Source: Vicinamibacteria bacterium (GTDB lineage: Bacteria; Acidobacteriota; Vicinamibacteria; Marinacidobacterales; Marinacidobacteraceae). From it: DNA of 64,000 nucleotides. The notes under the pieces are model-generated. The model had not been told where the DNA came from and did no database searches. It saw nothing but the letters and a program-made list of their open reading frames with translations. Made by a program: the position numbers and the translations under genes. Below are positions 9,910 through 19,311 of this stretch, piece by piece (position 1 is the first letter of the stretch; each line of letters opens with the position of its first letter). Where the stretch lies: positions 2,240,001 to 2,304,000 of the forward strand of contig CAXXLQ010000004.1 of the NCBI GenBank assembly GCA_963668695.2, written 5' to 3'.

Positions 9910-10015
9910 CGGGCAGGGGGCTTCACGATCTCATGCCCAGCCATCCTGCCGCACAACGTCGCCGTACTGTACCAACGGCTGGAGCCCCCGCCGGGATCCG
10001 GCGGGGAAAGATCGC

Positions 10016-10202
10016 CTAGCAGCCTGTGGTGAAACTCACGTGAGCGCCGAGGTCGGTGAGGCGCCCGTCCGACGAGGCGCGTGAGGGAGGAATACCGGGT
10101 GTATTTCGACCGAAACGCAACGAAGAACGGAGCGAAGCGGAGTGGTTCGGGCGGGATGCATCGCCGGCCGAACGCCGCGTGGGTTTTGCCACAGGCTGCT
10201 AG
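10016..10202. mobile_element. MITE-like element family A, copy 2
   Basis: CTAG-CAGCCTGTGG...CCACAGGCTG-CTAG; the right CTAG holds the stop codon of the minus-strand gene. Confidence 0.85.
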
Positions 10203-11827
10203 GGCTCGAGCTGCTCCAGCGCCGCGAGGAAGTCGCTCCAAGGCACCGGCTCCCCGTGCACCGGGGCCAGCGTCTCCACGTCCAGGTGCATGCGCTCCAC
10301 CTGCGTATGCAGGGCGCGCATCGACGGCAGCTGCGCCTCCTTCGGCGGTTCGTGGGTGTCGAACAGGTCGGCCTGGAACGCGATGCGCTCGGCCGGCAGG
10401 TACGCCATCAGCATCCCGGCGACGTGTCGTAGCGGCTGCACGTAGTAGACGCGCAGGATCCGGGAGTCGTCGGTGATGACGTAGTTCTCCTGGATCGCCT
10501 CGTAGTTGTAGCCCTCGGCCAGCTCGGTCGGCGGCCACCTGGAGACGATGTCCGGCCTGATCGTTCTCGGCTCGTAGGTCAGCACATCGCGGTTCAGGAA
10601 CTCCAGGTTGAGGATGTGGGTGACGATGGTCGATCCGATGTGCAGGTACGTGCGCAGCCCCCCGATGTGGTCGAAGTGCGGGTGGGACGCGATCACCCAG
10701 CGGATCGGCTTGTCCGGGGCCAGCTGCGTAATCCGGTCGATGACCTTCAGGCTCCGCTCCTCGTCGCCGGGGGCTTCGAAGACCGCCACGAAGTCGCTGA
10801 ACTCCACCAGGTAGCTGTTGGCGGGACCACCGCCGAGCCGATACACGCCGTCGGCGATCTCGTCGACCGTTACCTCGGTGGACCAGTCCGCCTCGGCCAC
10901 CGACTCCGGCACCGGCACCGCGTCGCCGCACTCGTTGGGCCGGATGTCCGCGAACGTGCCGCCGTAGGCGTTATGCCCGGTGCTCTGTCGGTAGAACTGC
11001 CAGTTGTCGTCCCAGCCCTGGTGCGAGTGCCAGTCGGTCGGCCACTTGATGTTGCCGAACGAGACGTGATTCGTGGACTCGTGCTCGATGTTGAAGTCGC
11101 CCAGGACGGGGATGTTCACCGTCGTCTTGAGCCGTTGAATCTGATTCCGGGAGTTGATCGTGGCGTCCACCCGGTACTTGCCGAACATGGTGATCGCGAC
11201 GACGTGCATCTTCTTGGGGCTCACGACGTTGCCGTCGCGGCCCTTCTCGATCTGTTCCCAGCGCCAGAATGCCACCGGATTCGCGCCCGGCAGGCGGGAC
11301 GCCTTGACGAACCCGTGCGGGTTGAGCCACATGTCGAGCTGGTACACCTCGGCGATTTCGGGCGGCACCGCGACCGGCGGGCCGTCGCCGTCCAGGTGCC
11401 ACGAGAACTCGCCGGCGGTGACGTGCGTCTGCCGCGTCTCCTTCTGGGTTGGCGTGCCGCCGCGCCAGCCGAGACCGTACTTCCAGGACGCCGGCGCCAT
11501 GCCCGGTTGCCGGTCGAACGTCTCCACACTCGTGCCGGCTTCCCAGTTGATGACGCGCGTGTAGTTCGCCAGCGCGTCGATGCGCGGCCAGTCGATGTTG
11601 ACGGCGTTCTCGAATGTCTGGCCCACCGCGCCGGCGTAGCCGCTGCCGGAGAACGTGATGCAGCGCAGGTCGGCCTCGCCGATCTCCTCGGCGACGGCGG
11701 CGAGAAGGGGAGCCGGATCGACGTAGCCCGGCGGAAACTCCTGGGCCGCCAGTGGATTCACCCCCAGCATGAGCAGCGCGAGGTTGCCGGCAAGACGCCT
11801 CGCCATGGTTCTCGGGCTCTGGAGCAT
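10199..11827 (-). CDS. Secreted MBL-fold metallo-hydrolase (start 11827 or 11806)
   Basis: Signal peptide ending LAAQ; SHPHFDHIGG motif, QADLF, APVHG. Confidence 0.8.
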   Translation of the reverse strand: MLQSPRTMARRLAGNLALLMLGVNPLAAQEFPPGYVDPAPLLAAVAEEIGEADLRCITFSGSGYAGAVGQTFENAVNIDWPRIDALANYTRVINWEAGTSVETFDRQPGMAPASWKYGLGWRGGTPTQKETRQTHVTAGEFSWHLDGDGPPVAVPPEIAEVYQLDMWLNPHGFVKASRLPGANPVAFWRWEQIEKGRDGNVVSPKKMHVVAITMFGKYRVDATINSRNQIQRLKTTVNIPVLGDFNIEHESTNHVSFGNIKWPTDWHSHQGWDDNWQFYRQSTGHNAYGGTFADIRPNECGDAVPVPESVAEADWSTEVTVDEIADGVYRLGGGPANSYLVEFSDFVAVFEAPGDEERSLKVIDRITQLAPDKPIRWVIASHPHFDHIGGLRTYLHIGSTIVTHILNLEFLNRDVLTYEPRTIRPDIVSRWPPTELAEGYNYEAIQENYVITDDSRILRVYYVQPLRHVAGMLMAYLPAERIAFQADLFDTHEPPKEAQLPSMRALHTQVERMHLDVETLAPVHGEPVPWSDFLAALEQLEP

Positions 11828-11988
11828 GTCTCTACGTGTGTCCAGAGGATCTACGCGGTGCCGACGCTCAACCTTGGCAGCGCGCTGCAATCCGCCGGCT
11901 GCATGTCGTGGCCGACCGGCGAGGGCGAGGTCCTCGCGGGTGGCGTACCGGACATCGAGAACGGCCTACAATTAGATTCCAAGGGCTA

Positions 11989-12060
11989 GCCGGTGTAGCT
12001 CAGGGGTAGAGCAGCTGATTCGTAATCAGCAGGTCGGTGGTTCAAATCCACTCGCCGGCT
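11989..12060 (+). tRNA. tRNA-Thr(CGT)
   Basis: Cloverleaf: acceptor GCCGGTG/CGCCGGC, anticodon arm ctgat-tCGTa-atcag, T-arm GGTTCAAATCC; CCA not encoded. Confidence 0.95.
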
Positions 12061-12473
12061 CAGCCGCCCGTCTCTCCCGGGCGGAATCTCGTCCAGACCG
12101 CCTGGACGACGAACGCCAGACCGAGCGCGGCCAGGATGGGCGTCCCGCCCAGCAGCAGGATGCCGGGTGGGCCGAGCAGGCCCCCGAACACGCTGCCGAG
12201 AGCCGAAAAGGGAACGGCAACAAACCAGAGCGCGATCGGAACCCTGGCGTTCATCCGGAAGCGACGCAGGGTCCAGATCAGCGGTAGGGCGAAGACGCAA
12301 CCGGCCGCATAGGCGAAGAACAACCCCGAGATCAGCGCGGCGGCATCCATCCGGGACACCGACCTGTCTTCCACGAGCAGGAGGCGGCCCAGAGCAACCA
12401 CCACGAACACGCTGGTGTAGGCCGCGCCGTACCCGAGGCAGGCGCGGTAACGGGGTAGCTGCGGGGGGGGCAT
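12060..12473 (-). CDS. Hypothetical membrane protein (about 4 TM)
   Basis: Four hydrophobic stretches; GGAGG-like RBS (cgaggt) before ATG 12473. Confidence 0.6.
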   Translation of the reverse strand: MPPPQLPRYRACLGYGAAYTSVFVVVALGRLLLVEDRSVSRMDAAALISGLFFAYAAGCVFALPLIWTLRRFRMNARVPIALWFVAVPFSALGSVFGGLLGPPGILLLGGTPILAALGLAFVVQAVWTRFRPGETGG

Positions 12474-12618
12474 CAGAACCTCGGGGGGACTTTCCCGTCG
12501 AGAATACTGCGCGGCGCGGGTCCGGGTTCCGCCGCGAGCCGCGGGGAGCCGGGCGGCACGTGCGTTCCCACCGAGAAGGTTGAATCGCGCTAGGACGGCC
12601 CTGCGTCTCCCGCGCTCC

Positions 12619-13642
12619 TCAGAGCGGTTCCACGGCGAGCTTTTCGAGTCTGGCGCCCAGGCTTCGGAGGTCGTCGACATCTCCCATGACGATCAGGGTG
12701 TCTCCGCTCTCGAGCCGTTGGTTCCCGCGCGGGGCGATCGTCATTTCCTCCCCGTCCCTTTCGATGCCCAGGACGAGGACGATGCGGTCTTTGCCCAACG
12801 GGGACTCGGCGATTGTTTTTCCCGCGAAGCCGGATTCGGGGGTCACCAGAATTTCTCCGGCTCCGAAGCCCCGGTGGGTCATCTCGGTGATTCCGTGCAA
12901 CAGGCGATGGGTGCCTGAGCTGCAAAGGTTCCGGACCACAACCCGGCTGGCGGTGGTGTGCGGGGAAATCACGTCTTCGGCGGCGGCCCCGGCCCGTTCC
13001 AGATTCGCGCGGGAGCGGTCTTCCTCGGATCGGGCGATCACCCGGATTTCGGGACGCAGCGCCTTGGCGGTCATGGTGATCGACAGGTTGTCCCCGTCGT
13101 TGGGCAGCAGGGTCACGATCGCCGACGCCCGTCCTACCCCGGCCTGTTCGAGTGTCGCTTCGACCGTGGCGTCCCCCTCGATTGCCCCCACTCCCTGGCG
13201 GGTCGCCAACTGAACGCCAGCCGTCGTCGTTTCGATGACGCATACCGGGTTGTCATGCTGCCTGAGGCCGGCAACCCCGCTGCCCCATTCTTCCGAAACC
13301 GCAGACGATGATGTGATTCTTCATGCGCCGGATTCTCCTTTCCTGCCGCCGCTTCGGCGCCTCCATGATGCGTTCTCCGAGAGCCCCGAGCGCGTAGCCC
13401 AGGGTCGCCACCCCACCGAGGATAAGACCGATGGCGAACAGCCGCCCGGCATCCGACAGCGGCCGGACCTCCTCGAACCCCACGGTGGAGAGGGTGATCA
13501 CCGTCATGTAGAAGGCGTCGAGGGTGTCCCACTCTTCGATCCACATGAATCCGATCGTGCCGGCGACGAGCACGCCGACGGCGGCGCCGGTGGCGGCGCC
13601 AAAGGGCCAGCGGGCGCGCAGCCAGTGCCGGAGAACCGTCAT
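12619..13642 (-). pseudogene. Potassium channel protein (ion channel + TrkA-N + TrkA-C), frameshifted
   Basis: TLSTVGFEE pore filter and HIIVCGFGRMG in ORF 13253-13642; EGDAT, NLSITMTAK and TrkA-C in ORF 12619-13209; removing one base from the C4 run at 13275-13278 joins them. Confidence 0.8.
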
Positions 13643-13742
13643 GGATCGCTCCTGCTGGATGGTGTCCGGCAAACGCAGCCTGGAGGTGAGCCCGTGTGCG
13701 GTGCGCTCACCGGGGTTTCCCCACGGAGACAAAGGTTCATGG

Positions 13743-13786
13743 AACCGGACGTCAAACCGGACATCAAACCAGACATCAAACCAGAC
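13743..13786. repeat. 12-bp tandem repeat, about 3.7 copies
   Basis: aaccggacgtc aaaccggacatc aaaccagacatc aaaccagac. Confidence 0.8.
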
Positions 13787-13868
13787 TGGGGGCTGGGCGC
13801 AGTGGCGTCGCTCCTGGGCGAGTACCCAAGCCTTCCGACCCGGGGAGCAACCCGGGTCCGGAATCCGG

Positions 13869-13943
<75 letters not shown>

Positions 13944-13960
13944 TCCGGATTGGGTCGGCG

Positions 13961-13990
13961 ACTTTACATTCTGGGATAGGGATCTGTCAA
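13961..13990 (-). promoter_or_regulatory. Sigma-70 promoter for tRNA-fMet
   Basis: TTGACA - 18 nt - TAAAGT on the minus strand, 17 nt upstream of the tRNA. Confidence 0.7.
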
Positions 13991-14157
13991 AGCCTCGTAT
14001 CCGAACACGGTCCCGGTCCCGGCCCTGCGCACGATGAAGAGACTCAACTTCGGTTTCATCGAATCAACGACTTCCTGGCGTCGCGCCGGTCGACAGCCGT
14101 CGATGGCCCTGGCTCGCGCCCTGATCACACAGCGTTTCCGGAGCCCGTGGAGCCCGG

Positions 14158-15261
14158 ATGGCGAGTTACTATGAAAAAGAGATCCGGCGTGAGACTGGCC
14201 GCGCGCTCGGCGCTCCTTCCGCCCACCCACCTGCCGGTTTCCCGAGTGCGTTCGTGACTGTCCCCGATCCGGAGTCCCTGCTTTCCGAGGCGGAAGTCTC
14301 GGAAGCGGTCGGGGCGTTATTCCGCCTCGACCAGGAGCGGGACGTTGAGGCATGGCGAACCGAGCACCTCGGACGAAAGTCGCGACTCGTTCTTTCGCTT
14401 CGCGCCCTCGGACGTCTCGATCCCTCCCGCCGGGCCGCCGTCGGTCGGTTGTTGAACGATGCGAAGACCCGCCTCGGAGAGGCCCTGCAGGCGAAACAGG
14501 CCGAACTGAAGGCCCGTCGGACACAGGATCTGGCATCGCTCGACGTGAGTCTTCCCGGGCGCCCGCTTCCTTCCGGCGGACTCCATCCCATCACGAGGAC
14601 GGAGCGCGCCATCGTGGCCGCCTTCGCTTCGATGGGGTTCCACGTGATCGAGGGACCTGAGGTCGAACTCGAGTACTACAACTTCGACGCTCTCCGGATC
14701 CCGGCGGACCACCCCGCGCGGGACGCGATGGACACGTTTTACCTCGAAAGCCCCGACGGCGGGACGCCGCTCCTGCTACGCACCCATACCTCACCGAACC
14801 AGATCCGCTATATGGAGCAGCACGAGCCACCAATCCGTCTCATCGCTCCCGGACGCACGTACCGGAACGAGGCCACCGACGCAACCCACGAGTGGATGAT
14901 CACGCAGACGGAGGTCCTGGCAGTGGACCGGGGCCTCACCCTCGCGCACCTCAAGGGCACGCTGTACGAGTTCGCCCGGCATCTGTTCGGTGAGGACCGG
15001 GAGATCCGTTTCCGCTGTGACTACTTTCCTTTCGTGGAGCCCGGAGTCGAGGTCTCGATCAGTAGCCCCGACGGTTGGATCGAAATCCTCGGAGCCGGCA
15101 TGGTGCATCCCGAGATCCTCGCCAACATGGGGTACGACCCGGAGATTTACACCGGATTCGCCGCAGGTCTCGGCGTGGAGCGGATCGCGATGCTCCGGCA
15201 CGGGATCCGGGACATCCGACGCTTTTACGAAAACGATCTTCGTTTCCTTCGCCAGTTTTAG
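14158..15261 (+). CDS. pheS: Phenylalanine-tRNA ligase alpha subunit (true start may be further downstream)
   Basis: GGLHPI, YNFDALRIPADHPARD..DTFY, LLRTHTSP, YFPFVEP, WIEILGAGMVHP, GLGVERIAML. Confidence 0.96.
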   Translation: MASYYEKEIRRETGRALGAPSAHPPAGFPSAFVTVPDPESLLSEAEVSEAVGALFRLDQERDVEAWRTEHLGRKSRLVLSLRALGRLDPSRRAAVGRLLNDAKTRLGEALQAKQAELKARRTQDLASLDVSLPGRPLPSGGLHPITRTERAIVAAFASMGFHVIEGPEVELEYYNFDALRIPADHPARDAMDTFYLESPDGGTPLLLRTHTSPNQIRYMEQHEPPIRLIAPGRTYRNEATDATHEWMITQTEVLAVDRGLTLAHLKGTLYEFARHLFGEDREIRFRCDYFPFVEPGVEVSISSPDGWIEILGAGMVHPEILANMGYDPEIYTGFAAGLGVERIAMLRHGIRDIRRFYENDLRFLRQF

Positions 15262-15516
15262 CAGCCTGTGGTGAAACCCAAGCGGCCCAGTTCTCCCGGT
15301 GGGGGCTCGAGCGGCGATCCATCCCGTCTGAACCATGTCGCTTCGCGCCGCTCATCGTTGCGTTTCGGTCGGAATACACCCGGGCCAGTTCTCCCGGTGG
15401 GGGCTCCTCCCTCACGCGCCTTGTCAGCCGGGCCCCCACCGGGAGAACTGGCCCCACCGGGAGAACTGGGCCTCGCCGCTCTCGGCGCTCACCCGGGTTC
15501 CACCACAGGCTGCTAG
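15258..15516. mobile_element. MITE-like element family A, copy 3 (four 18-bp modules)
   Basis: Begins at the pheS TAG (TTAG) and ends with CTAG 3 nt before the pheT ATG. Confidence 0.85.
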
Positions 15517-15519
15517 GTT

Positions 15520-17955
15520 ATGCGCGTCCCGCTCCGGTGGCTGGAAACCATGGTTTCCCTGCCGGAAGACGTCGAGGCTCTCGCCCATCGGTTGACCCTG
15601 GCGGGTCTCGAAGTCACGGACATCGAACAACTCGGCGGCGACTGGGACCTGGTGGTGGTCGGGCGGGTTCTGGAGGTGCGTCCCCATCCCGATGCCGACC
15701 GCCTCCGCCTGGTGACCGTGGACAAGGGAGGGGAGCATCAGACGGTCGTCTGCGGGGCGCCGAACGTCGCCCCCGGACAGGACATCGCCTTTGCGTCCGA
15801 GGGGGCGATGCTCACCGACCCCCGGACCGGCAGCGCGCGCAAACTGAAGAAATCGCGCATTCGCGGCGTGGTGTCCGGAGGGATGGTGTGTTCGGAAGCG
15901 GAACTGGGGCTGTCCGTCGAACATGAGGGGATCCTGGTACTCGACACCTCCCGCCCGCCGGGCACTCCGCTCGGTGAGGTCCTCGGAGACCGGGTCTTCG
16001 TATTCGACCTCACGCCGAACCGCGCAGATGCCCTTTGTGTTCTGGGGGTGGCCCGCGAGGTCTCAGCGCTTACCGGTGCCTCCTTGACGCCACCGGACGT
16101 CTCGACGCCGCGGCCGGGGCCCGCCATCGCTGGGCGCGCCTCGGTCGAGATTGCCGCCCCGGATCTTTGCCGCCGCTTCACCCTGGCGCTGATCGAGGAT
16201 GTCGAGATCGCCCCTTCTCCTCCGTGGATGCAGGAACGGCTCACCGCTGCGGGCATGCGTCCGATCAACAACCTGGTGGACATCACCAACTACGTGATGC
16301 TCGAACTGGGTCAGCCGGTCCATGCCTTCGACTACGACACTGTCCGCGACCATCACATCATCGTTCGGCGGGCCGCGGCGGGGGAAACCTTGACCACCCT
16401 GGACGGCAAGACGCGGCAACTGGAGCCCGACCGGCTGGTCATCGCGGATCCTGGCGGAGCCATCGCACTCGCTGGCGTGATGGGGGGTCTCGAGACCGAG
16501 ATTACGGATTCCACCCGGAATGTCCTCCTTGAAGTCGCGAACTTCGAGCAGGCGAACGTGCGCCGAACGGCCCGCGCCTTCGACCTGTTTTCGGACGCCG
16601 CGCGGCGCTTCGCGTGGGGACTTCCTCCGGAACTGCCGGCCATCGCTTCCGCGCGGGTGTGCCGGCTGCTCACGGAACACGCTGGGGGACGCGTTGCGGC
16701 GGGCATGGTGGATGCGTGGCCCGCGCCCGAGCCTCGCGTCCACGTCCAGCTGCGCCGGTCACGGATCGCGCAGGTTCTGGGGATGGAGATTTCCCGGGAG
16801 GCGGTGCGTTCCGCTCTGGACGACCTCGGGTTCGAAGTGGAAGAGCAGGGGGAATCGCTTTCGGTCGGGGTGCCCTATTGGCGCCGCGACGTACGGGTTC
16901 CCGACGACCTGGTGGAAGAAGTGGCGCGCATCGCGGGGTACGACGACCTGCCCGCCGCTCCGCTCGCCGGCGCAATTCCCCATCATCCGCCGCTTCCCGC
17001 CCGCGAGCTTCGTGAGCGGGCGCGGGACCTCGCCTCGGAAGCCGCGCTCTTTGAAGTGCAGACGTACTCGCTCATATCGGATGCAGATCTCGCCGCGGTG
17101 ACGCCGCCCGAGATGCGCCAGGTTCCCCTCCTCAAGGTTCAGAACCCGCTGGGAGAGGCCCGGGACACGCTGCGGACGTCGCTTCGACCCGGGATTTTGC
17201 GCGCCGGTGCTCGCAACCTGGCCCGGGGAGCCAAGGCGGTACGCTTCTTCGAAGTCGGAAGGTCCTATCACTCCACGGTGGCGAACGGTGACGGCCGGCC
17301 GGAGGAGCGGGAACAGGCGGTGGCGCTCGTCGTCGGGGTCCGAATGGATCGCTTCGGAAATCCGACAGACGAGGCGTTGGACTTCTTCGACGCCAAGGCA
17401 ACGCTCGAGCATGTCCTCGCCGGCCTGCGAACCTCGCCCAGCTTCCGGCCGTCATCCGCGTTCGGTTTCCTCGGCGGGCGGACCGCGGAGGTCACGGTGG
17501 AAGGAAGCGTGGTCGGGGTGCTCGGCCAGGTCGACCCCGAAGTTGCCGCCGTTTTTGGAGTCGAACAGGACGCCTTCCTCTGGGAACTGGACCTTGCGAC
17601 GCTGCTGGCGGCCGTTCCGGACATGACCAAGCCGACAATTGCGACTCCGCTGCCACGTCACCCGTCCGCCGTCGAAGATTTCGCTTTGCTTGTCGGCCCG
17701 GAAGTGCTGGCCGAGGATCTCGTGCGGGAGGCGCTCGGGCATCCGCTGGTCGTGGACGCTCGGGTCTTCGACGACTATCTGCTTGACGAGCCGGCCGCCG
17801 TGGGCGGGGAAGTGCGGAGAAGATCCCTCGGCATCTCCGTCCGATACCAGGCGCGAAACCGGACGCTGAACGACAGCGACATTGCCAAGGTGCGGCGCAC
17901 CATCCTCAAGCGACTGAAGGTGAACCACGGTGCGGTCGTCCGCGAACGCGGCTGA
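15520..17955 (+). CDS. pheT: Phenylalanine-tRNA ligase beta subunit
   Basis: HPDADRL, VVCGAPNV, TPNRAD, VDITNYVMLELGQP.HAFD, DLVEEVARI.GY, C-terminal FDX-ACB domain. Confidence 0.96.
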   Translation: MRVPLRWLETMVSLPEDVEALAHRLTLAGLEVTDIEQLGGDWDLVVVGRVLEVRPHPDADRLRLVTVDKGGEHQTVVCGAPNVAPGQDIAFASEGAMLTDPRTGSARKLKKSRIRGVVSGGMVCSEAELGLSVEHEGILVLDTSRPPGTPLGEVLGDRVFVFDLTPNRADALCVLGVAREVSALTGASLTPPDVSTPRPGPAIAGRASVEIAAPDLCRRFTLALIEDVEIAPSPPWMQERLTAAGMRPINNLVDITNYVMLELGQPVHAFDYDTVRDHHIIVRRAAAGETLTTLDGKTRQLEPDRLVIADPGGAIALAGVMGGLETEITDSTRNVLLEVANFEQANVRRTARAFDLFSDAARRFAWGLPPELPAIASARVCRLLTEHAGGRVAAGMVDAWPAPEPRVHVQLRRSRIAQVLGMEISREAVRSALDDLGFEVEEQGESLSVGVPYWRRDVRVPDDLVEEVARIAGYDDLPAAPLAGAIPHHPPLPARELRERARDLASEAALFEVQTYSLISDADLAAVTPPEMRQVPLLKVQNPLGEARDTLRTSLRPGILRAGARNLARGAKAVRFFEVGRSYHSTVANGDGRPEEREQAVALVVGVRMDRFGNPTDEALDFFDAKATLEHVLAGLRTSPSFRPSSAFGFLGGRTAEVTVEGSVVGVLGQVDPEVAAVFGVEQDAFLWELDLATLLAAVPDMTKPTIATPLPRHPSAVEDFALLVGPEVLAEDLVREALGHPLVVDARVFDDYLLDEPAAVGGEVRRRSLGISVRYQARNRTLNDSDIAKVRRTILKRLKVNHGAVVRERG

Positions 17956-18931
17956 CGGGAAACAGTCTCCCGCGGAACTGATCGCCGCTTCGCCCGCCAT
18001 GCGGGCATTGCTCACCGAAGCCGGGCGGATTGCCCACTTTGACGTACCGGTACTCATCGAGGGGGAAACGGGCTCCGGGAAGGAACTGCTCGCCCGCTAT
18101 CTGCACGCCCGCAGTCGACGGCGTCGGCAGCCCCTCGTTGCCGTGAATTGCGGGGCGCTTCCCGACGAATTGCTGGAGGCCGAGTTCTTCGGACATGCCC
18201 GGGGAGCGTTCACCGGCGCGGATTCCGCCCGCCCGGGGCTTCTGGAAGCCGCGGACGGTGGCACCCTGTTTCTGGACGAGGTCGGAGACCTGTCTCCGCG
18301 GGGGCAGGGGCTCCTGCTGCGGGCGCTCCAGGAGCGAGAGTTCCGGCGGGTGGGCGAAATCCGGTTGCGACGATCCGACTTCCGCCTGGTCGCAGCGACG
18401 CACCGACCCCTCGCCGAACTGGCGGCCGCGGGTCGTTTTCGCTCCGATTTGTTCTATCGGCTGAGCGTCGTCCGTCTCCGGCTGCCGCCGCTCCGTGAGA
18501 GGAAAGGCGAGTTTCCCGAGCTTGCCGCCGCACTCCTGTTGCGGCTGGCCGAGCGGCACGGGCTCCCGTTGCCCCGGCTTTCCGACGAGGCTCTCGAGGT
18601 ACTCACCCGCCGCGATTGGCCGGGGAACGTCCGCGAGCTGGAATCGGTCCTTGCCGGCGCGCTCTTGCGGCAGCCCGAAGTCACGGCGATTCGTCCGGAG
18701 ATGGTGGCGGGGCCGCCGACGCTCCCTAACGATCCCGTTGAGACTCCCCCGGAGCCCCTCCTTTCGGTCCTGGAAATCCGCAGACTGGTTGTCGCGCGAG
18801 CGGCCTTCGAGCGGATTGTGTTGTTGCGCGCGCTTCGCCGCGCCGCCGGAAGCCGCGCTCGCGCCGCGCGGGAACTGGGCATCTCGCGCCAGGGGTTGTG
18901 GCAGAAGCTTCGCCGACACGGGATCGGGTAG
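17930..18931 (+). CDS. Sigma-54-interacting activator (AAA+ and Fis HTH) with no N-terminal sensory domain
   Basis: GETGSGKE, GAFTGA, LFLDEVG, FRSDLFYRL, WPGNVREL, ARELGISRQGLWQKL. Confidence 0.9.
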   Translation: MRSSANAADGKQSPAELIAASPAMRALLTEAGRIAHFDVPVLIEGETGSGKELLARYLHARSRRRRQPLVAVNCGALPDELLEAEFFGHARGAFTGADSARPGLLEAADGGTLFLDEVGDLSPRGQGLLLRALQEREFRRVGEIRLRRSDFRLVAATHRPLAELAAAGRFRSDLFYRLSVVRLRLPPLRERKGEFPELAAALLLRLAERHGLPLPRLSDEALEVLTRRDWPGNVRELESVLAGALLRQPEVTAIRPEMVAGPPTLPNDPVETPPEPLLSVLEIRRLVVARAAFERIVLLRALRRAAGSRARAARELGISRQGLWQKLRRHGIG

Positions 18932-18938
18932 GGGGCTG

Positions 18939-19156
18939 GGAGCGCCGGTCTTCAGACCGGCATCGCGGCCGAAGGCCGCGAGACGCCCACCGCTCGGTTC
19001 GCCGACTAAACCGGGCCTATCCGGGGACGGCGAAACGTCGTGCGGACGCGTGGGTGGCACTGCGCCATCCTCGTTGCCTGCTGCGCCATGCGGGGATTGG
19101 CGACGGGAGTTTCACTCCCCTGCGGGGAGCGATGCCGGTCTGAAGACCGGCGCTCC
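18939..19156. repeat. REPIN-like doublet of inverted REP elements
   Basis: GGAGCGCCGGTCTTCAGACCGGCATC at 18939 and its reverse complement ending at 19156; GGAG tetranucleotide plus palindrome. Confidence 0.8.
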
Positions 19157-19311
19157 AATTGGGGACGGGTGGCAGTCTGAGGCCGGTGCGTGCCGGAGGG
19201 GTGATTGGAGAGCGCACGGCGGGAGGCGCGTCGCGCAGGGAGGTGGGAGTTGGAGAGGGGGCGTGGGTGTTCACATACCCTATTCGGCTCATATCCATCC
19301 GGAGAAACCGC

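Noticed and set aside
13253-13255. TGA in the K+ channel gene as a second Sec or read-through codon
   Set aside because: The downstream RCK sequence is in a different frame; the defect is a frameshift and the position is not a Cys.
13990-14160. T-box or pheM-type attenuator upstream of pheS
   Set aside because: No T-box consensus, Phe-rich leader or terminator found.
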